Shown here: positions 19,201 to 29,153 of the stretch, in pieces
Position numbering within the stretch: the first letter of the stretch is position 1
Layout: every line of letters begins with the position of its first letter
Source of the DNA: Methanocellales archaeon
GTDB lineage: Archaea > Halobacteriota > UBA148 > JAUWXC01
Assembly: GCA_030610945.1 (NCBI GenBank)
Contig: JAUWQV010000002.1
Span: 28,633-92,632, forward strand
Reading direction: 5' to 3'
DNA length: 64,000 bases
Translations under genes and position numbers: made by a program
Notes under the pieces: model-generated
The model's input: the letters and a program-made list of their open reading frames with translations, nothing else
What the model was told of the DNA's origin: nothing
Database searches by the model: none

Positions 19201-19497
19201 ATGAAAAAAATGATGGTTGAATTAATCGATATGGATGGCATGTGCATTATAGGAATTAAACTTGAGTTAGTGCATGCACCCGTTCTTTTGCTGGTTGGCA
19301 AAAAGGATTCATAGGCTGTGGCTATTTTTCAGTGGAGACGGCAAACAAGCTGGGCGATGCTGTGGCAATCGTCTCTGGCGTGAGAACGTTCGAGGACATG
19401 CTGAACGCGCGCATCGTTTCTACATCCGAAAAAGCCCAAGGAGATGGGCATCACTGCTGGGATGAAGGGTAAAGATGCAGTTAAGCTCCTTGCGTGA
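19201..19497 (+). pseudogene. YunC/DUF1805-family gene interrupted by two compensating frameshifts
   Basis: Three collinear pieces match the family. Frame 0, 19201..19305: MKKMMVELIDMDGMCIIGIKLELVHAPVLLLVGKK. Frame -1, 19305..19439: GFIGCGYFSVETANKLGDAVAIVSGVRTFEDMLNARIVSTSEKAQ. Frame 0 again, 19441..19497: EMGITAGMKGKDAVKLLA*. Frame 0 hits TAG at 19312..19314. Confidence 0.65.
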
Positions 19498-20583
19498 TTA
19501 CTTGAATCTGTCTTTCAATTTTTCCAGGACGGCTGGAAGCGTCGTGTATTCCAGGTCCTTTTCATCCAGTAGATGTGGCTGGAATGGTCCATGGCGCCGC
19601 ATATAGTCTGCTATCTCATTCGCCTTCGCCCTGACAGCATCGAACGACAGGTCTGCGAACATGTCAACAGCGCCCTGCAGCACGCCATCGTTTAACTGGA
19701 ATCCAAGTGCGGTCACTCGTGGCGGACCATCAAACCTTGTGGGATTCGCATCTTTTATCGACACGGGCATTATGGGCCCATTATGGCTGCCCCTCATCCA
19801 TCCTGCAACCAGATATGGATACGCAAATGCCTCCATCGCCTCGCCCACGGCAGGAAAACCGCTCTGGCATCTCACAATCGCCACAGGGTCATCCTTGCCC
19901 ACGTACTTGCCAGCGATTAAATTTAACTTATTTGTCGAGATGACACCTGCGGGCTCGCCAGTTTTCTTTGCAACTGATTCAACGCAGAACTTGCTCTTGA
20001 TGCCTATAATCGCGAGCAAATCGTACAATTCCTCTGGCGCCTTTAGTTCGGCCACTTCATCGGTGTACACGTTCAACACCCTGAATGTGAATCCATCATG
20101 CAGACTGGGATCGAGCACCAGGCCGGCTGTACTAAAGGGGTCCGCGAACATCTTGTAGAACGGCAGGTTAAACGATGCGGGTTCGGTTTTATCCATCATA
20201 AAAACGACAATGGGCTCGCTCTTGCGCTCTTCTATCTTGAACTCGGCACATCCTGGTCCAAGGCCCCTGACGTTGCCGGAAAACGATTCTGACAGCAAAT
20301 CCTGTCCGGCACCGTAAAACTTCTTCTTCTTGGCGATAGCTGTCGCCTCTTCAAATGCATCCCAGGCGAGCTTGTGCACGGGCTCGGCATTTACTCCCTT
20401 GGTATGGGTCATGATTAAATCGATATCATCCCCGCACCGCGCTACATGAAAGTCAATTAAAATATTCTCCTTTTTACCCTTTTCCAAGACAGCGCTGCAC
20501 ACGTCCAGTAATTCCTGCGGCGCCCTTACATGTCCCGGCATGCTGCCGACATCTGCCTTAATTACACTTACTGTAGTTTTCAT
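19498..20583 (-). CDS. fbp: Bifunctional fructose-1,6-bisphosphate aldolase/phosphatase (class V FBPase)
   Basis: 361 aa. MKTTVSVIKADVGS.PGH at the N-terminus, plus length and overall sequence, are typical of the archaeal FBPA/P. Confidence 0.92.
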   Translation of the reverse strand: MKTTVSVIKADVGSMPGHVRAPQELLDVCSAVLEKGKKENILIDFHVARCGDDIDLIMTHTKGVNAEPVHKLAWDAFEEATAIAKKKKFYGAGQDLLSESFSGNVRGLGPGCAEFKIEERKSEPIVVFMMDKTEPASFNLPFYKMFADPFSTAGLVLDPSLHDGFTFRVLNVYTDEVAELKAPEELYDLLAIIGIKSKFCVESVAKKTGEPAGVISTNKLNLIAGKYVGKDDPVAIVRCQSGFPAVGEAMEAFAYPYLVAGWMRGSHNGPIMPVSIKDANPTRFDGPPRVTALGFQLNDGVLQGAVDMFADLSFDAVRAKANEIADYMRRHGPFQPHLLDEKDLEYTTLPAVLEKLKDRFK

Positions 20584-20651
20584 GCTCTTTATCCTCCATA
20601 CTTCATTGCACTATCTAATCATTCTACCATAAAATAGGTTTGGATTTAAAC

Positions 20652-21476
20652 TCACCCCATCATCGCCCCCAAGATGAATGCCAAGAGCCCCACCATCATT
20701 CCAACCTTAAGAAGTGATGATGACTTGGCTGGATATTTCTCAATTATCGTGGTCCCCATTAATAAGATTACATCCGCCAGCGTTACAATTACCAGATATG
20801 ACGTCCCAAAATTGCTGAGTACAATCGGTAGTGGGCTTAACACGACAGCCATTATGACGAATACCGATGCAATCATAGCGGACTTTTTCACTCCAACCGA
20901 AATTGGCAGCGTTATAAGACCTTCTTTTTTGTCACCTTTTATGTCCTCAACATCCTTGGCGATTTCTCTACCCACGGTTGCGAGCGCTGCTAACATGAAT
21001 AACACAAAGGTAATTGCAATCTCGTTCACGGCTGCCCCGCCGAACAGGAACGTTGAGCCCGTCAAATACCCGATGCTAACATTCCCCCAGAGCACCGTTC
21101 TTTTGAGTTTATATGCGTAGCCCATGAGCACTAGCGAATTCGCCGCTGCAATGAGAAGGCATATTGGATTTATGAAGTAGGATAACACAATACCAATGCC
21201 AAACAGGCTGATGGCGAATGCGAAAGCACTTCTTGGGCTGATTCTGCCACTCGGTATGGGTCTGTGTGGTTTGTTAATCGCATCTATTTTGACGTCGTAA
21301 AAGTCGTTGATTGTGTTGCCACCTGCAGTCACGACAAAACATACCACGAATGCAAGCGCTACTTGGATCCCATGTATGTTTATCTCGCTCCCAGCGCCCA
21401 CCAGGCACCCTACAACCACCGCTATGCCAGCCATGAAGCAGTTCAGCGGTCTTGTTAATCGAAAATAGTCAATCAT
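20652..21476 (-). CDS. UbiA-family prenyltransferase, digeranylgeranylglyceryl phosphate synthase-like
   Basis: 274 aa, ~8 TM. First Asp-rich motif [25 protein letters not shown] and second KDVEDIKGD. Confidence 0.85.
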   Translation of the reverse strand: MIDYFRLTRPLNCFMAGIAVVVGCLVGAGSEINIHGIQVALAFVVCFVVTAGGNTINDFYDVKIDAINKPHRPIPSGRISPRSAFAFAISLFGIGIVLSYFINPICLLIAAANSLVLMGYAYKLKRTVLWGNVSIGYLTGSTFLFGGAAVNEIAITFVLFMLAALATVGREIAKDVEDIKGDKKEGLITLPISVGVKKSAMIASVFVIMAVVLSPLPIVLSNFGTSYLVIVTLADVILLMGTTIIEKYPAKSSSLLKVGMMVGLLAFILGAMMG

Positions 21477-22374
21477 CTCTCCCGACCTTTAGCATTCTGT
21501 CCAATGCCTGCTTTGACCTCACACGTATATCTTCCGGCATAATGATCTTGTGTTCCATGTTCTCCAGTGACTTCACTATTGCATCTAGCGTATTCACCTT
21601 CATACCAGGGCAGACAGCACGGTCAGAAGCAGGGTAAAATCTCTTGTCAGGATTTTCCTTGCGCAGGCGATACAATATCCCGGTTTCACTACCAATAATA
21701 AACTCCTTTGCCTTTGACTTCTTCACATACTTGATCATGCCATCTGTACTGAGTACTTTATCTGACAGTTCTATCACTTCCGGCTTGCACTCCGGGTGTA
21801 CAAGTATCTCTGCCTCTGAACGCCTTGCCTTGACCGTGAGAACGTCACTCCTCTGGATGAAATGGTGGCTTGGGCAGTACCCCTCCCAAGGTATGATTTT
21901 CTTATCCGTGTGCGCCGCCACGTATAATGCAAGATTTTTGTCAGGAACGAAGATAATTTCATTGTCGTCCAGCGAATTCACGACTTTTATCGCATTCGCA
22001 GATGTGCAGCATATATCGCTTTCCGCCTTAACCTCTGCAGTGGTATTAACATAGCACACCACCACTGCATCTGGATGCTTTTCTTTCTCCGCGCGCAATG
22101 ATTCTGCTGTGATCATTGCTGCCATGGGGCATTTTGCGCTTAACTCTGGGAGCAGAACTGTTTTATCCGGGCACAAAATAGCGGCGCTTTCAGCCATGAA
22201 GTCCACGCCGCAGAACACGATTACATCGGCATCGCTCTTTGCAGCTTTCTGGCTTAGGCCAAGAGAATCGCCCTTGTAGTCCGCGATATCCTGCACCTCG
22301 CCTATCTGGTAATTGTGCGCGAGTATGATTGCGTTTCTCTCTTCCTTCAATTCCTTTATCCGGTCCTGTAACAT
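21469..22374 (-). CDS. nadA: Quinolinate synthase
   Basis: 301 aa. [23 protein letters not shown] are NadA motifs. Confidence 0.9.
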   Translation of the reverse strand: MLQDRIKELKEERNAIILAHNYQIGEVQDIADYKGDSLGLSQKAAKSDADVIVFCGVDFMAESAAILCPDKTVLLPELSAKCPMAAMITAESLRAEKEKHPDAVVVCYVNTTAEVKAESDICCTSANAIKVVNSLDDNEIIFVPDKNLALYVAAHTDKKIIPWEGYCPSHHFIQRSDVLTVKARRSEAEILVHPECKPEVIELSDKVLSTDGMIKYVKKSKAKEFIIGSETGILYRLRKENPDKRFYPASDRAVCPGMKVNTLDAIVKSLENMEHKIIMPEDIRVRSKQALDRMLKVGRDD

Positions 22375-22457
22375 CTGCGCTCCTTGGTTGTATATTAATT
22401 AGATTGCTGAATTAAAGAGTTTCTGGATGATATGAAAAACCCTCATCGGAAAAGGTT

Positions 22458-23276
22458 TCACGTCCCGATTTGGATTGGCTCTGTAATCTTTTTCAAGGTG
22501 GCGATTGCGGATAGCGCAGCCAGATAACTCGTCTTGGGATTGCCGGGCGATGGCACATTTTCAACCCTCGTTTCGAACCTGCCAAAGTCCCCTTCCACGT
22601 GAATTTCGTGAACGTTCCTCTTCAGTGCGGGGTCTGCTATGATGCGCACCTTTGTCCGTTTAGCGCCTATGCCAGCAAGGCTAAGCGTAGCTGCCACGTT
22701 TACATTGGCTGGAAATCCCTTTGCCGCCTCTTGTGCACTTCCTTCAAACATGATGGTGGCTTTTTTCAATGCACCCAGGTCTATCTTATGTTGCACGATG
22801 TATGGCGCACCCTCGAGCGATGCCGGCGGCTTTCTGGTAGTGAGCGTAACCGAGTCAATCTTCGCTATCGAGGCGGATTTTAATCCATCCAATCCTACAA
22901 TAGCGCCGGATGGCAGGTACACCTTGCAACCATTTTCATGCGCCAAGTCTTTGATACGGTGTAGTAATCCTTCATCAGTTAACGCACCAATGCTCATGAT
23001 CATGACATCTTTGCCCTTGCCAAGCGCCAGTATCGCCACTTCCCTAACTGCAGACTGGGATGCGCACTCCACTACCAAATCCACGGCATCTATCAATTCA
23101 GGAATGCCCATTGCCTTTGGCTTCACGCGCTTTAATGAGTCGGCCATCTCCTGTGCTGAGCCGAGGTCGCGGTCTGATAACGCGGTTAGATTAGCGTTAA
23201 CGATGCCCCTGTCGAATGCTTTACAAATTTCCTCGCCGATTGCGCCACAGCCAACTATCCCTACTTTAATCATCAA
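22458..23276 (-). CDS. nadX: L-aspartate dehydrogenase
   Basis: 272 aa. Rossmann VGIVGCGAIG, SGAIVGLDG and a C-terminal ASxxNxxA-type region, as in NadX. Sits next to nadA and nadC. Confidence 0.85.
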   Translation of the reverse strand: MMIKVGIVGCGAIGEEICKAFDRGIVNANLTALSDRDLGSAQEMADSLKRVKPKAMGIPELIDAVDLVVECASQSAVREVAILALGKGKDVMIMSIGALTDEGLLHRIKDLAHENGCKVYLPSGAIVGLDGLKSASIAKIDSVTLTTRKPPASLEGAPYIVQHKIDLGALKKATIMFEGSAQEAAKGFPANVNVAATLSLAGIGAKRTKVRIIADPALKRNVHEIHVEGDFGRFETRVENVPSPGNPKTSYLAALSAIATLKKITEPIQIGT

Positions 23277-23319
23277 GGAAACTAATATATCTTAAGTATG
23301 AAATTGTTACGGTGAAATT

Positions 23320-24132
23320 GTGATGCCCGACCTAGAGCGATTTCTCAAGGAAGACATTGGCTCCGGAGACATTTCTGGAGCGGTGGTTCCGGATGTTTAT
23401 GTTAAAGCACACATCAAAGCCTGTGAAGATGGTGTCCTGGCCGGACTTGAGGAAGGAGAGCAGGTATTCGAGCACTTTGGGCTTGAGACGCAGACTGTGT
23501 TTAGCGATGGTGCCAAAATCAAGAGGGACGACGTTGTTCTGGAGATAAGTGGAAGCGCCAGGTCCATTCTTGCGGCGGAGCGGACGGCACTGAACATCCT
23601 GGGCAGAATGAGTGGCATTGCTACCCTAACCAGAAAATGCGTCAAGAAGAGCAAGGGCGTCACGGTCGCGGGCACGAGAAAGACCACGCCAGGGTTCAGA
23701 GAATTTGAGAAAAAGGCCATTAGGCTCGGCGGAGGATGTCCGCACCGGTATAATTTAGCTGAAGCCGTATTGTTCAAGGATAACCATATTGCAGTTGCAG
23801 GATTGGAAAGTGCAATCAAAAGTGCGAAGAAGATGTACCCCGAGAAGGAAATCGAGGTAGAAGTAGACAACGTTGAGGATGCACTTAAGGCAGCACAACT
23901 TGGTGCTGATATAATAATGTTTGATAATATGAGTCCGGATGAAATCAAGGATGCGATTGGATTGTTAAAAGAAAACGGTCTGCGCGAACGTGTGAAACTT
24001 GAGGCCTCAGGGGGGATCACGCTTGATAATCTGGATGATTATGTGGATACAGGCGCGGATGTGATTTCTATGGGCATGCTAACGCATTCTGCGAGATGGC
24101 TGAATTTCAGTCTAATCATTAAAAAACGCTGA
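23320..24132 (+). CDS. nadC: Nicotinate-nucleotide (quinolinate) pyrophosphorylase
   Basis: 270 aa (GTG 23320 or ATG 23323). [27 protein letters not shown] are QPRTase motifs. Confidence 0.9.
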   Translation: MMPDLERFLKEDIGSGDISGAVVPDVYVKAHIKACEDGVLAGLEEGEQVFEHFGLETQTVFSDGAKIKRDDVVLEISGSARSILAAERTALNILGRMSGIATLTRKCVKKSKGVTVAGTRKTTPGFREFEKKAIRLGGGCPHRYNLAEAVLFKDNHIAVAGLESAIKSAKKMYPEKEIEVEVDNVEDALKAAQLGADIIMFDNMSPDEIKDAIGLLKENGLRERVKLEASGGITLDNLDDYVDTGADVISMGMLTHSARWLNFSLIIKKR

Positions 24133-25459
24133 TGTACCTGTCGACTTCCCACTGATGTACCTGCGCCCTGTATGCGCTCCATTCTGCCCGCTTGGCATCG
24201 ACGAAATGCTCGTAGATATGCTCGCCTAACGCAGATTTAATTACTTTATCTTTAGCAAGCACATCCAACGCTTCATCAAGACTTTTCGGAAGCGTTTTGA
24301 TTCCCAGTTCCCTCCTTTCCTGAAGGGACATCGTGTATATATTCTTGTTAACTGGCTCACCAAGGTCGATTTTGTTCTTGATGCCGTCCAAGCCTGCTTT
24401 TAACATCGCTGATATCGCAAGATAGGGATTGCATGCTGGATCTGGATTTCGCAATTCTACTCTTGTTCCGGCCTCTCTGCGTGCGGGCACTCTCACCAAT
24501 GGAGACCTGTTCTGCTCTGACCATGCGATGTATACCGGCGCTTCGTACCCTGGTACAAGCCGCTTGTACGAGTTGACCAACTGGTTTGTGATTGCCGTGT
24601 ACCCCTTTGCATGTGCCAGCAATCCACCCATATAATGCCTGGCAACATCGCTCAGTTGGTATGGTGAGTTCGGGTCATAGAACGCATTCTTGCCATTCTT
24701 GAACAATGACTGGTGCACGTGCATTCCAGAGCCATATTCTCCAAAGAGCGGCTTTGGCATGAACGTCGCGTGCAAACCGTGCTTTTGTGCGATGATTCTG
24801 ACTACGAACTTTAATGTCACCAGGCGATCTGCCGTCGTAAGCGCGTCTGCATGCTTGAAGTCAATCTCATGCTGGCCAGGGGCAACTTCATGATGGGAAG
24901 CTTCAATCTCAAATCCCATATCTTCAAGAGTTAGCACTGTATCCCGCCTTGCGTTTTCGCCCAAATCCACGGGAGACAAGTCAAAATAGCCGCCTTGGTC
25001 ATGCGTTTTTGTAGTCACACCACCATTTTCATCTTTCAAGAAGAGGAAGAATTCCGCCTCTGGACCCACATTCATCGTGAACCCCAACTTTTCTGCCTCT
25101 TGCAGCATCTTTTTTAGATTGTTTCTCGGGCAGCCCTCAAATGGTTTGTCATCAGAAGTATACACATCACATATCAGTCGTGCAACCGTGACGCCATTTG
25201 ATTTCCATGGAAAAATAGTAAATGTGGATGGGTCCGGCTTCAGATACATGTCAGATTCTTCGATTCGCACAAATCCTTCAATAGAAGAGCCATCGAACAT
25301 CAATTCGCCTGCGAGTGCCTTCTCTAATTGTGAGACGGGGATCGCCACATTTTTCACAATCCCCATGATGTCTATGAACTGCAGCCTAACAAATCTTACA
25401 TCGTGTTTTTCAACCAACTCATATATCCTGTCTACAGCTTTTGCACTCACACGAATCAC
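24119..25459 (-). CDS. glnA: Glutamine synthetase type I
   Basis: 446 aa. [37 protein letters not shown]. Confidence 0.93.
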   Translation of the reverse strand: MIRVSAKAVDRIYELVEKHDVRFVRLQFIDIMGIVKNVAIPVSQLEKALAGELMFDGSSIEGFVRIEESDMYLKPDPSTFTIFPWKSNGVTVARLICDVYTSDDKPFEGCPRNNLKKMLQEAEKLGFTMNVGPEAEFFLFLKDENGGVTTKTHDQGGYFDLSPVDLGENARRDTVLTLEDMGFEIEASHHEVAPGQHEIDFKHADALTTADRLVTLKFVVRIIAQKHGLHATFMPKPLFGEYGSGMHVHQSLFKNGKNAFYDPNSPYQLSDVARHYMGGLLAHAKGYTAITNQLVNSYKRLVPGYEAPVYIAWSEQNRSPLVRVPARREAGTRVELRNPDPACNPYLAISAMLKAGLDGIKNKIDLGEPVNKNIYTMSLQERRELGIKTLPKSLDEALDVLAKDKVIKSALGEHIYEHFVDAKRAEWSAYRAQVHQWEVDRYISVF

Positions 25460-25519
25460 TCTATCAATGAATTGAGCTCTCTCTATATGATACTTACTAA
25501 AAAGAGATTATGTCTTAAC

Positions 25520-26317
25520 CTAGATGCCTTTTGCTTTTAGATATTCCTTTGCTTCTTTGATCGTATATTCGTCGTAGTGGAATATGCTTGCAGCTAGGCA
25601 GGCATCTGCTCCGTTAACGAAAGCCTCGTACATGTGCTCCAGGTTACCACATCCTCCTGATGCAATTACAGGTATGTCAACTGCCTCTGCTATCGATCTG
25701 GTGATGGGTATGTCATACCCGTCTTTGGTTCCATCTCGGTCTTTGGATGTAAGCAAAATTCCGCCTGCACCAAGTCTTTCCACCTCTAGCGCCCACTGGA
25801 CGGCGTCCTTCCCTGTCGAAGTTTTGCCCCCATAGATGACAACGTCATACCATGCCTTGCTACCATCTTCGAGTTCCAGCATGGTTTTGTTCTCTGTGCT
25901 ATCAAATGCACGCTTGCAGTCAACCGCAGCCACCACTCGTTCAGAACCGAACTCCTTTGCAGCATCCCTTATCAATTCAGGGTTTTTGACCGCGGCAGTG
26001 TTAACGCCTGCTTTGGCCGCTCCAGCGTCAAAGACCTTCCTGAAATCATCCAAAGTTCTTATGCCACCTCCAACGCACAGTGGAATTGAGATTTGCTCCA
26101 CTATCTTTCTCGGCATATCAGCCATCCTCTCTCTCCCCTCTGTCGAGGCGGTGATGTCCAGAAAAACGAGTTCGTCCGCTCCTTCTCTGTCGTACTTTTT
26201 CGCAAGTTCAACCGGGTCGCCGGCGTATTTGAGTTCTTCAAATTCCACGCCCTTGACAACTACGGCGTTCCCCTTTTCGTCAAGCGTCGTATCTAAGCAA
26301 GGAATAATTTTTTTCAT
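25520..26317 (-). CDS. hisF: Imidazole glycerol phosphate synthase cyclase subunit
   Basis: 265 aa. [41 protein letters not shown]. Confidence 0.93.
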   Translation of the reverse strand: MKKIIPCLDTTLDEKGNAVVVKGVEFEELKYAGDPVELAKKYDREGADELVFLDITASTEGRERMADMPRKIVEQISIPLCVGGGIRTLDDFRKVFDAGAAKAGVNTAAVKNPELIRDAAKEFGSERVVAAVDCKRAFDSTENKTMLELEDGSKAWYDVVIYGGKTSTGKDAVQWALEVERLGAGGILLTSKDRDGTKDGYDIPITRSIAEAVDIPVIASGGCGNLEHMYEAFVNGADACLAASIFHYDEYTIKEAKEYLKAKGI

Positions 26318-26332
26318 TTATTGTCACTAACC

Positions 26333-27922
26333 TTAGCCGAGAATACTCTCTATCGCATCGTTCTCAATCTCTTCGAACGTAGGAATGCCGGTGACTTTTG
26401 CTGCAACCTCTGACAAGGATGCTATGTCCTTTCTACTCAGCAGATCTAATTTGAACTTTCTCGAGCCTGCCAGCAACTGTTTCAGCCCTACTCCAAGCCG
26501 GTCCACGTAGTATGTGTACAGCCCAACTGCTCCAGCAGGAATGTCCTTGGCGCGCGCGCCATACGTATCCTCCAACTCGGACATCATGATGAAGAACTGC
26601 TCTGGATTCGCGCCGTATTTCTCCACAAATGACTTTGGCAATTTGTTTTCTTTCGCCAGTTCTACAAAGTGCTCTGACTTCATCACTGCGGTTATTGGGG
26701 CCCTGGCCATTGCAATGGCTTTCACGTGCGGGCTGTCGCCGAGATTGCTCATCGCAATCGACTTGAATATCTGCGTCTCGTTGACGAACCCGCCGGCAAA
26801 TGCGATATCTGGCACATATCTGCCCTTCTTTTTCAGCAGTCCTATGCATTTCATGACCTGTGCCTGCAGATACACTGTGGGCGTGCTACATTCGTTCATC
26901 ATCGGCACTGGGCTCATGCCCGTCCCTCCGCCTGCACCATCGAACGTGAGCAAATCGATCTTCGCCTCCGATGCCGCCTTGAGCGTGAATGCCACTACTG
27001 CAGGCCTGTATGCTCCGGTCTTGAGGAATACATGTTTGGCACCCTGCTTTCTGAGGTTTTCTATATCCTCCACAAAACTCTCGTGTGTTGGGAATCCGAC
27101 TCTGCTATGCCGCTCAAACGTCTTGAAGGCACCCTCTTTGAATGCCTTTTGTACGCTCTCATCCTCTGGGTCTGGAATCACAACGTATCCTCTTCTTTTC
27201 AACTCTATCGCCTTGGCAAGGTCTGATATTCTCACCTCGCCGCCGATTGCTTTGGCGCCCTGTCCCCATTTTCTTTCAATGACATTAACTTCTAACTTGG
27301 AAAGAGCGTACTTGTCCACGCCCAGTCGCTGGTCCTCTACATTGGTCTGGACGACGATGTCACCATGCACACCATCCCAGAATTCCCTGTATTTCTCAAC
27401 CCTGTACTTGAGGTCGTCTGAGTGCGTTACCTGTCCATCCGTGACTTTCGAGTTCATGTCCATTCCGCAGATATTCTCTCCAATTACCTGGATTGTGCCG
27501 GAGATTGCCGCACCTACGGCCAACCCATCCCAGTAATTTTTCGCCACCGCCGTGGACCCCAGTCCTGCCGTGAATACGGGCACTTTAAGTGGCACCCCTC
27601 CGACAGACGTTTTAATGTCCACTGCCGGAAAAACTGCCTTGTCTGATTCCGGCTCGATTCCTTCTGCCCCCAATACCTCGGTCAGTATCTGGAAATGTGA
27701 CCAGTCCAGCCCATAATCCTTATTGGATGCAGCCGTGCTATGTCCGAACTCTTCAGGCGCCGGATACAATACCTCTCTGCCCCTGAACGCAGACTTGCTG
27801 ATTTCACATAAGACGTTACAACTCTTTACACAAATTGGGCACATGCCGCTTGTGGGACTTATGTCCTTCACCCGCGTAGCAGTGCCAGTTGTGGATCTTG
27901 CATTTGCGTATATGTCAGCCAT
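26333..27922 (-). CDS. Glutamate-synthase-family FMN-binding protein (stand-alone GltB central-domain homolog)
   Basis: 529 aa. KWGQGAKAIGGE and FDGAGGGTGMSP are GltB FMN-domain motifs. There is an N-terminal Cys cluster CPICVKSCNVLC. No amidotransferase domain in this ORF. Confidence 0.8.
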   Translation of the reverse strand: MADIYANARSTTGTATRVKDISPTSGMCPICVKSCNVLCEISKSAFRGREVLYPAPEEFGHSTAASNKDYGLDWSHFQILTEVLGAEGIEPESDKAVFPAVDIKTSVGGVPLKVPVFTAGLGSTAVAKNYWDGLAVGAAISGTIQVIGENICGMDMNSKVTDGQVTHSDDLKYRVEKYREFWDGVHGDIVVQTNVEDQRLGVDKYALSKLEVNVIERKWGQGAKAIGGEVRISDLAKAIELKRRGYVVIPDPEDESVQKAFKEGAFKTFERHSRVGFPTHESFVEDIENLRKQGAKHVFLKTGAYRPAVVAFTLKAASEAKIDLLTFDGAGGGTGMSPVPMMNECSTPTVYLQAQVMKCIGLLKKKGRYVPDIAFAGGFVNETQIFKSIAMSNLGDSPHVKAIAMARAPITAVMKSEHFVELAKENKLPKSFVEKYGANPEQFFIMMSELEDTYGARAKDIPAGAVGLYTYYVDRLGVGLKQLLAGSRKFKLDLLSRKDIASLSEVAAKVTGIPTFEEIENDAIESILG

Positions 27923-28017
27923 ATTTTCTACCCCATAAAATAACTAATGTTGACCCTGATGCTATTTTCATTTGTTATCTTAATACTTGCCCTTTTTCTT
28001 CCGGAGAATACCATGAT

Positions 28018-28434
28018 TTATCTTACGGCTCCTCTGGAATCCTGGTATTGTCCATTATATGCTTCGCTCGGCGCCTTTACCTGGAGCAGGAGCATTTGGA
28101 CTATTCTTTCGCCCTTCTTCAATTCTATTTCTTTTTCGCCCATATTGCTCAGGCAGAGTGTTAGATTTCCCCTGAATCCCGGGTCAATAAAGCCGCCACC
28201 TAAAACGAGACCTTTTCGAGCATATGACGACCTGGTGCGGAGAACTCCAGCAACATCCTGAGGTAGCTCCACATACTCGAGCGATGACACCAACTTGAGT
28301 GTCTTCGACGGTATCGTAACATCAACTCCTGCCCTAAGGTCATACGAGGCAGGCTGAAGCGATTCCTTGCCAAATGGCTCAATGACCATATCGTTTCCAA
28401 TTCTTCTTTTTATCTCTTTGCTCGACAGAATCAT
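28018..28434 (-). CDS. dcd: dCTP deaminase / dUTPase-fold protein (short form)
   Basis: 138 aa. ASYDLRAG, RSSYARKGL, GFIDPGFRGNLTL are the Dcd/Dut trimeric-fold signatures. Confidence 0.8.
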   Translation of the reverse strand: MILSSKEIKRRIGNDMVIEPFGKESLQPASYDLRAGVDVTIPSKTLKLVSSLEYVELPQDVAGVLRTRSSYARKGLVLGGGFIDPGFRGNLTLCLSNMGEKEIELKKGERIVQMLLLQVKAPSEAYNGQYQDSRGAVR

Positions 28435-28463
28435 GATAATCCCAACTGCTTACTTTCACGTAA

Positions 28464-28472
28464 ACTATAATA
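28464..28472 (+). promoter_or_regulatory. Putative TATA box for tRNA-Arg
   Basis: ACTATAATA, 23-31 nt upstream of the tRNA 5' end. Position-based guess only. Confidence 0.3.
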
Positions 28473-28494
28473 GAGCAGCGCTTGAATATGTATC

Positions 28495-28566
28495 GGGTCT
28501 GTGGGGTAGTGGATATCCTTTCGGGCTTCGAACCCGACGACCTGGGTTCAAATCCCAGCAGATCCG
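28495..28566 (+). tRNA. tRNA-Arg (anticodon UCG)
   Basis: Acceptor GGGTCTG/CAGATCC (one G-U), anticodon stem TCGGG/CCCGA with loop CTTCGAA, T arm CTGGG-TTCAAAT-CCCAG, discriminator G; 72 nt, no intron. Confidence 0.85.
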
Positions 28567-29153
28567 TTCTTCCTGATTGCAGTAGCAAGCCTTTGTAGAG
28601 CGCTGATGTTGGTTAGGATAGCCAAAATTACTATTATATAGGTCAAGTAAACTCTGTCGAAGTGAGCCAGCAAAATGCCAATGCATAGTAGCGCAATTCT
28701 CTCTGCCCTCTCCACGATGCCCCCTCTTACATCTTTTCCGAGTTTATCACATGCCGCCGCCTTTGCATACGACGTCATCATTGAGCCGAATAAGAAGACG
28801 AGAATCCAACAGTAGATTGGAATTGTGAAATCGGGAAGGGAGCAGAACAGCAGGGCAAAGATTATCAGAAATTCCACGTACCGGTCCATCATGGTGTCCA
28901 AGTAGGCGCCAAGTTTTGTGACGCGCCCGGTAACCCTTGCGACCGAACCATCAACGAGGTCAATGAACGCGGAGATGAAAAAGAAAACTCCGGCAGGAAT
29001 AAATCGGCCGGACGTTATAAGATAAAAAGCGATGAGAGCCGGTATTAAACTGGAAAGAGTCCACTGGTTGGGAGATAACCCTAACCTGCTGAAGATTATT
29101 CCCACCTTGATGGAAATTCTCTCGAATTTTTCCTTATTTTTGTAGAGGGTCAC
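28548..29153 (-). CDS. CDP-alcohol phosphatidyltransferase, probable archaetidylinositol-phosphate synthase
   Basis: 201 aa, ~6 TM. Motif DLVDGSVARVTGRVTKLGAYLDTMMDRY (D-G-x2-A-R-x8-G-x3-D-x3-D). A 4-nt overlap with the upstream inositol-1-phosphate synthase gene suggests the inositol headgroup. The 3' end overlaps the convergent tRNA-Arg by 19 nt. Confidence 0.75.
   Translation of the reverse strand: MTLYKNKEKFERISIKVGIIFSRLGLSPNQWTLSSLIPALIAFYLITSGRFIPAGVFFFISAFIDLVDGSVARVTGRVTKLGAYLDTMMDRYVEFLIIFALLFCSLPDFTIPIYCWILVFLFGSMMTSYAKAAACDKLGKDVRGGIVERAERIALLCIGILLAHFDRVYLTYIIVILAILTNISALQRLATAIRKNGSAGI

Noticed and set aside
19312-19314. In-frame TAG in the DUF1805 gene as a pyrrolysine codon
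   Set aside because: Read-through of TAG in frame 0 gives a non-conserved peptide (..DS-X-AVAIFQWRR..). The conserved family sequence is in the -1 frame, so a frameshift explains the data and recoding of TAG does not.
26514-27536. 340-aa ORF antisense to the GltB-like gene
   Set aside because: It has no recognisable motif and a biased composition. The opposite strand has strong glutamate-synthase FMN-domain signatures, so this is a typical shadow ORF.
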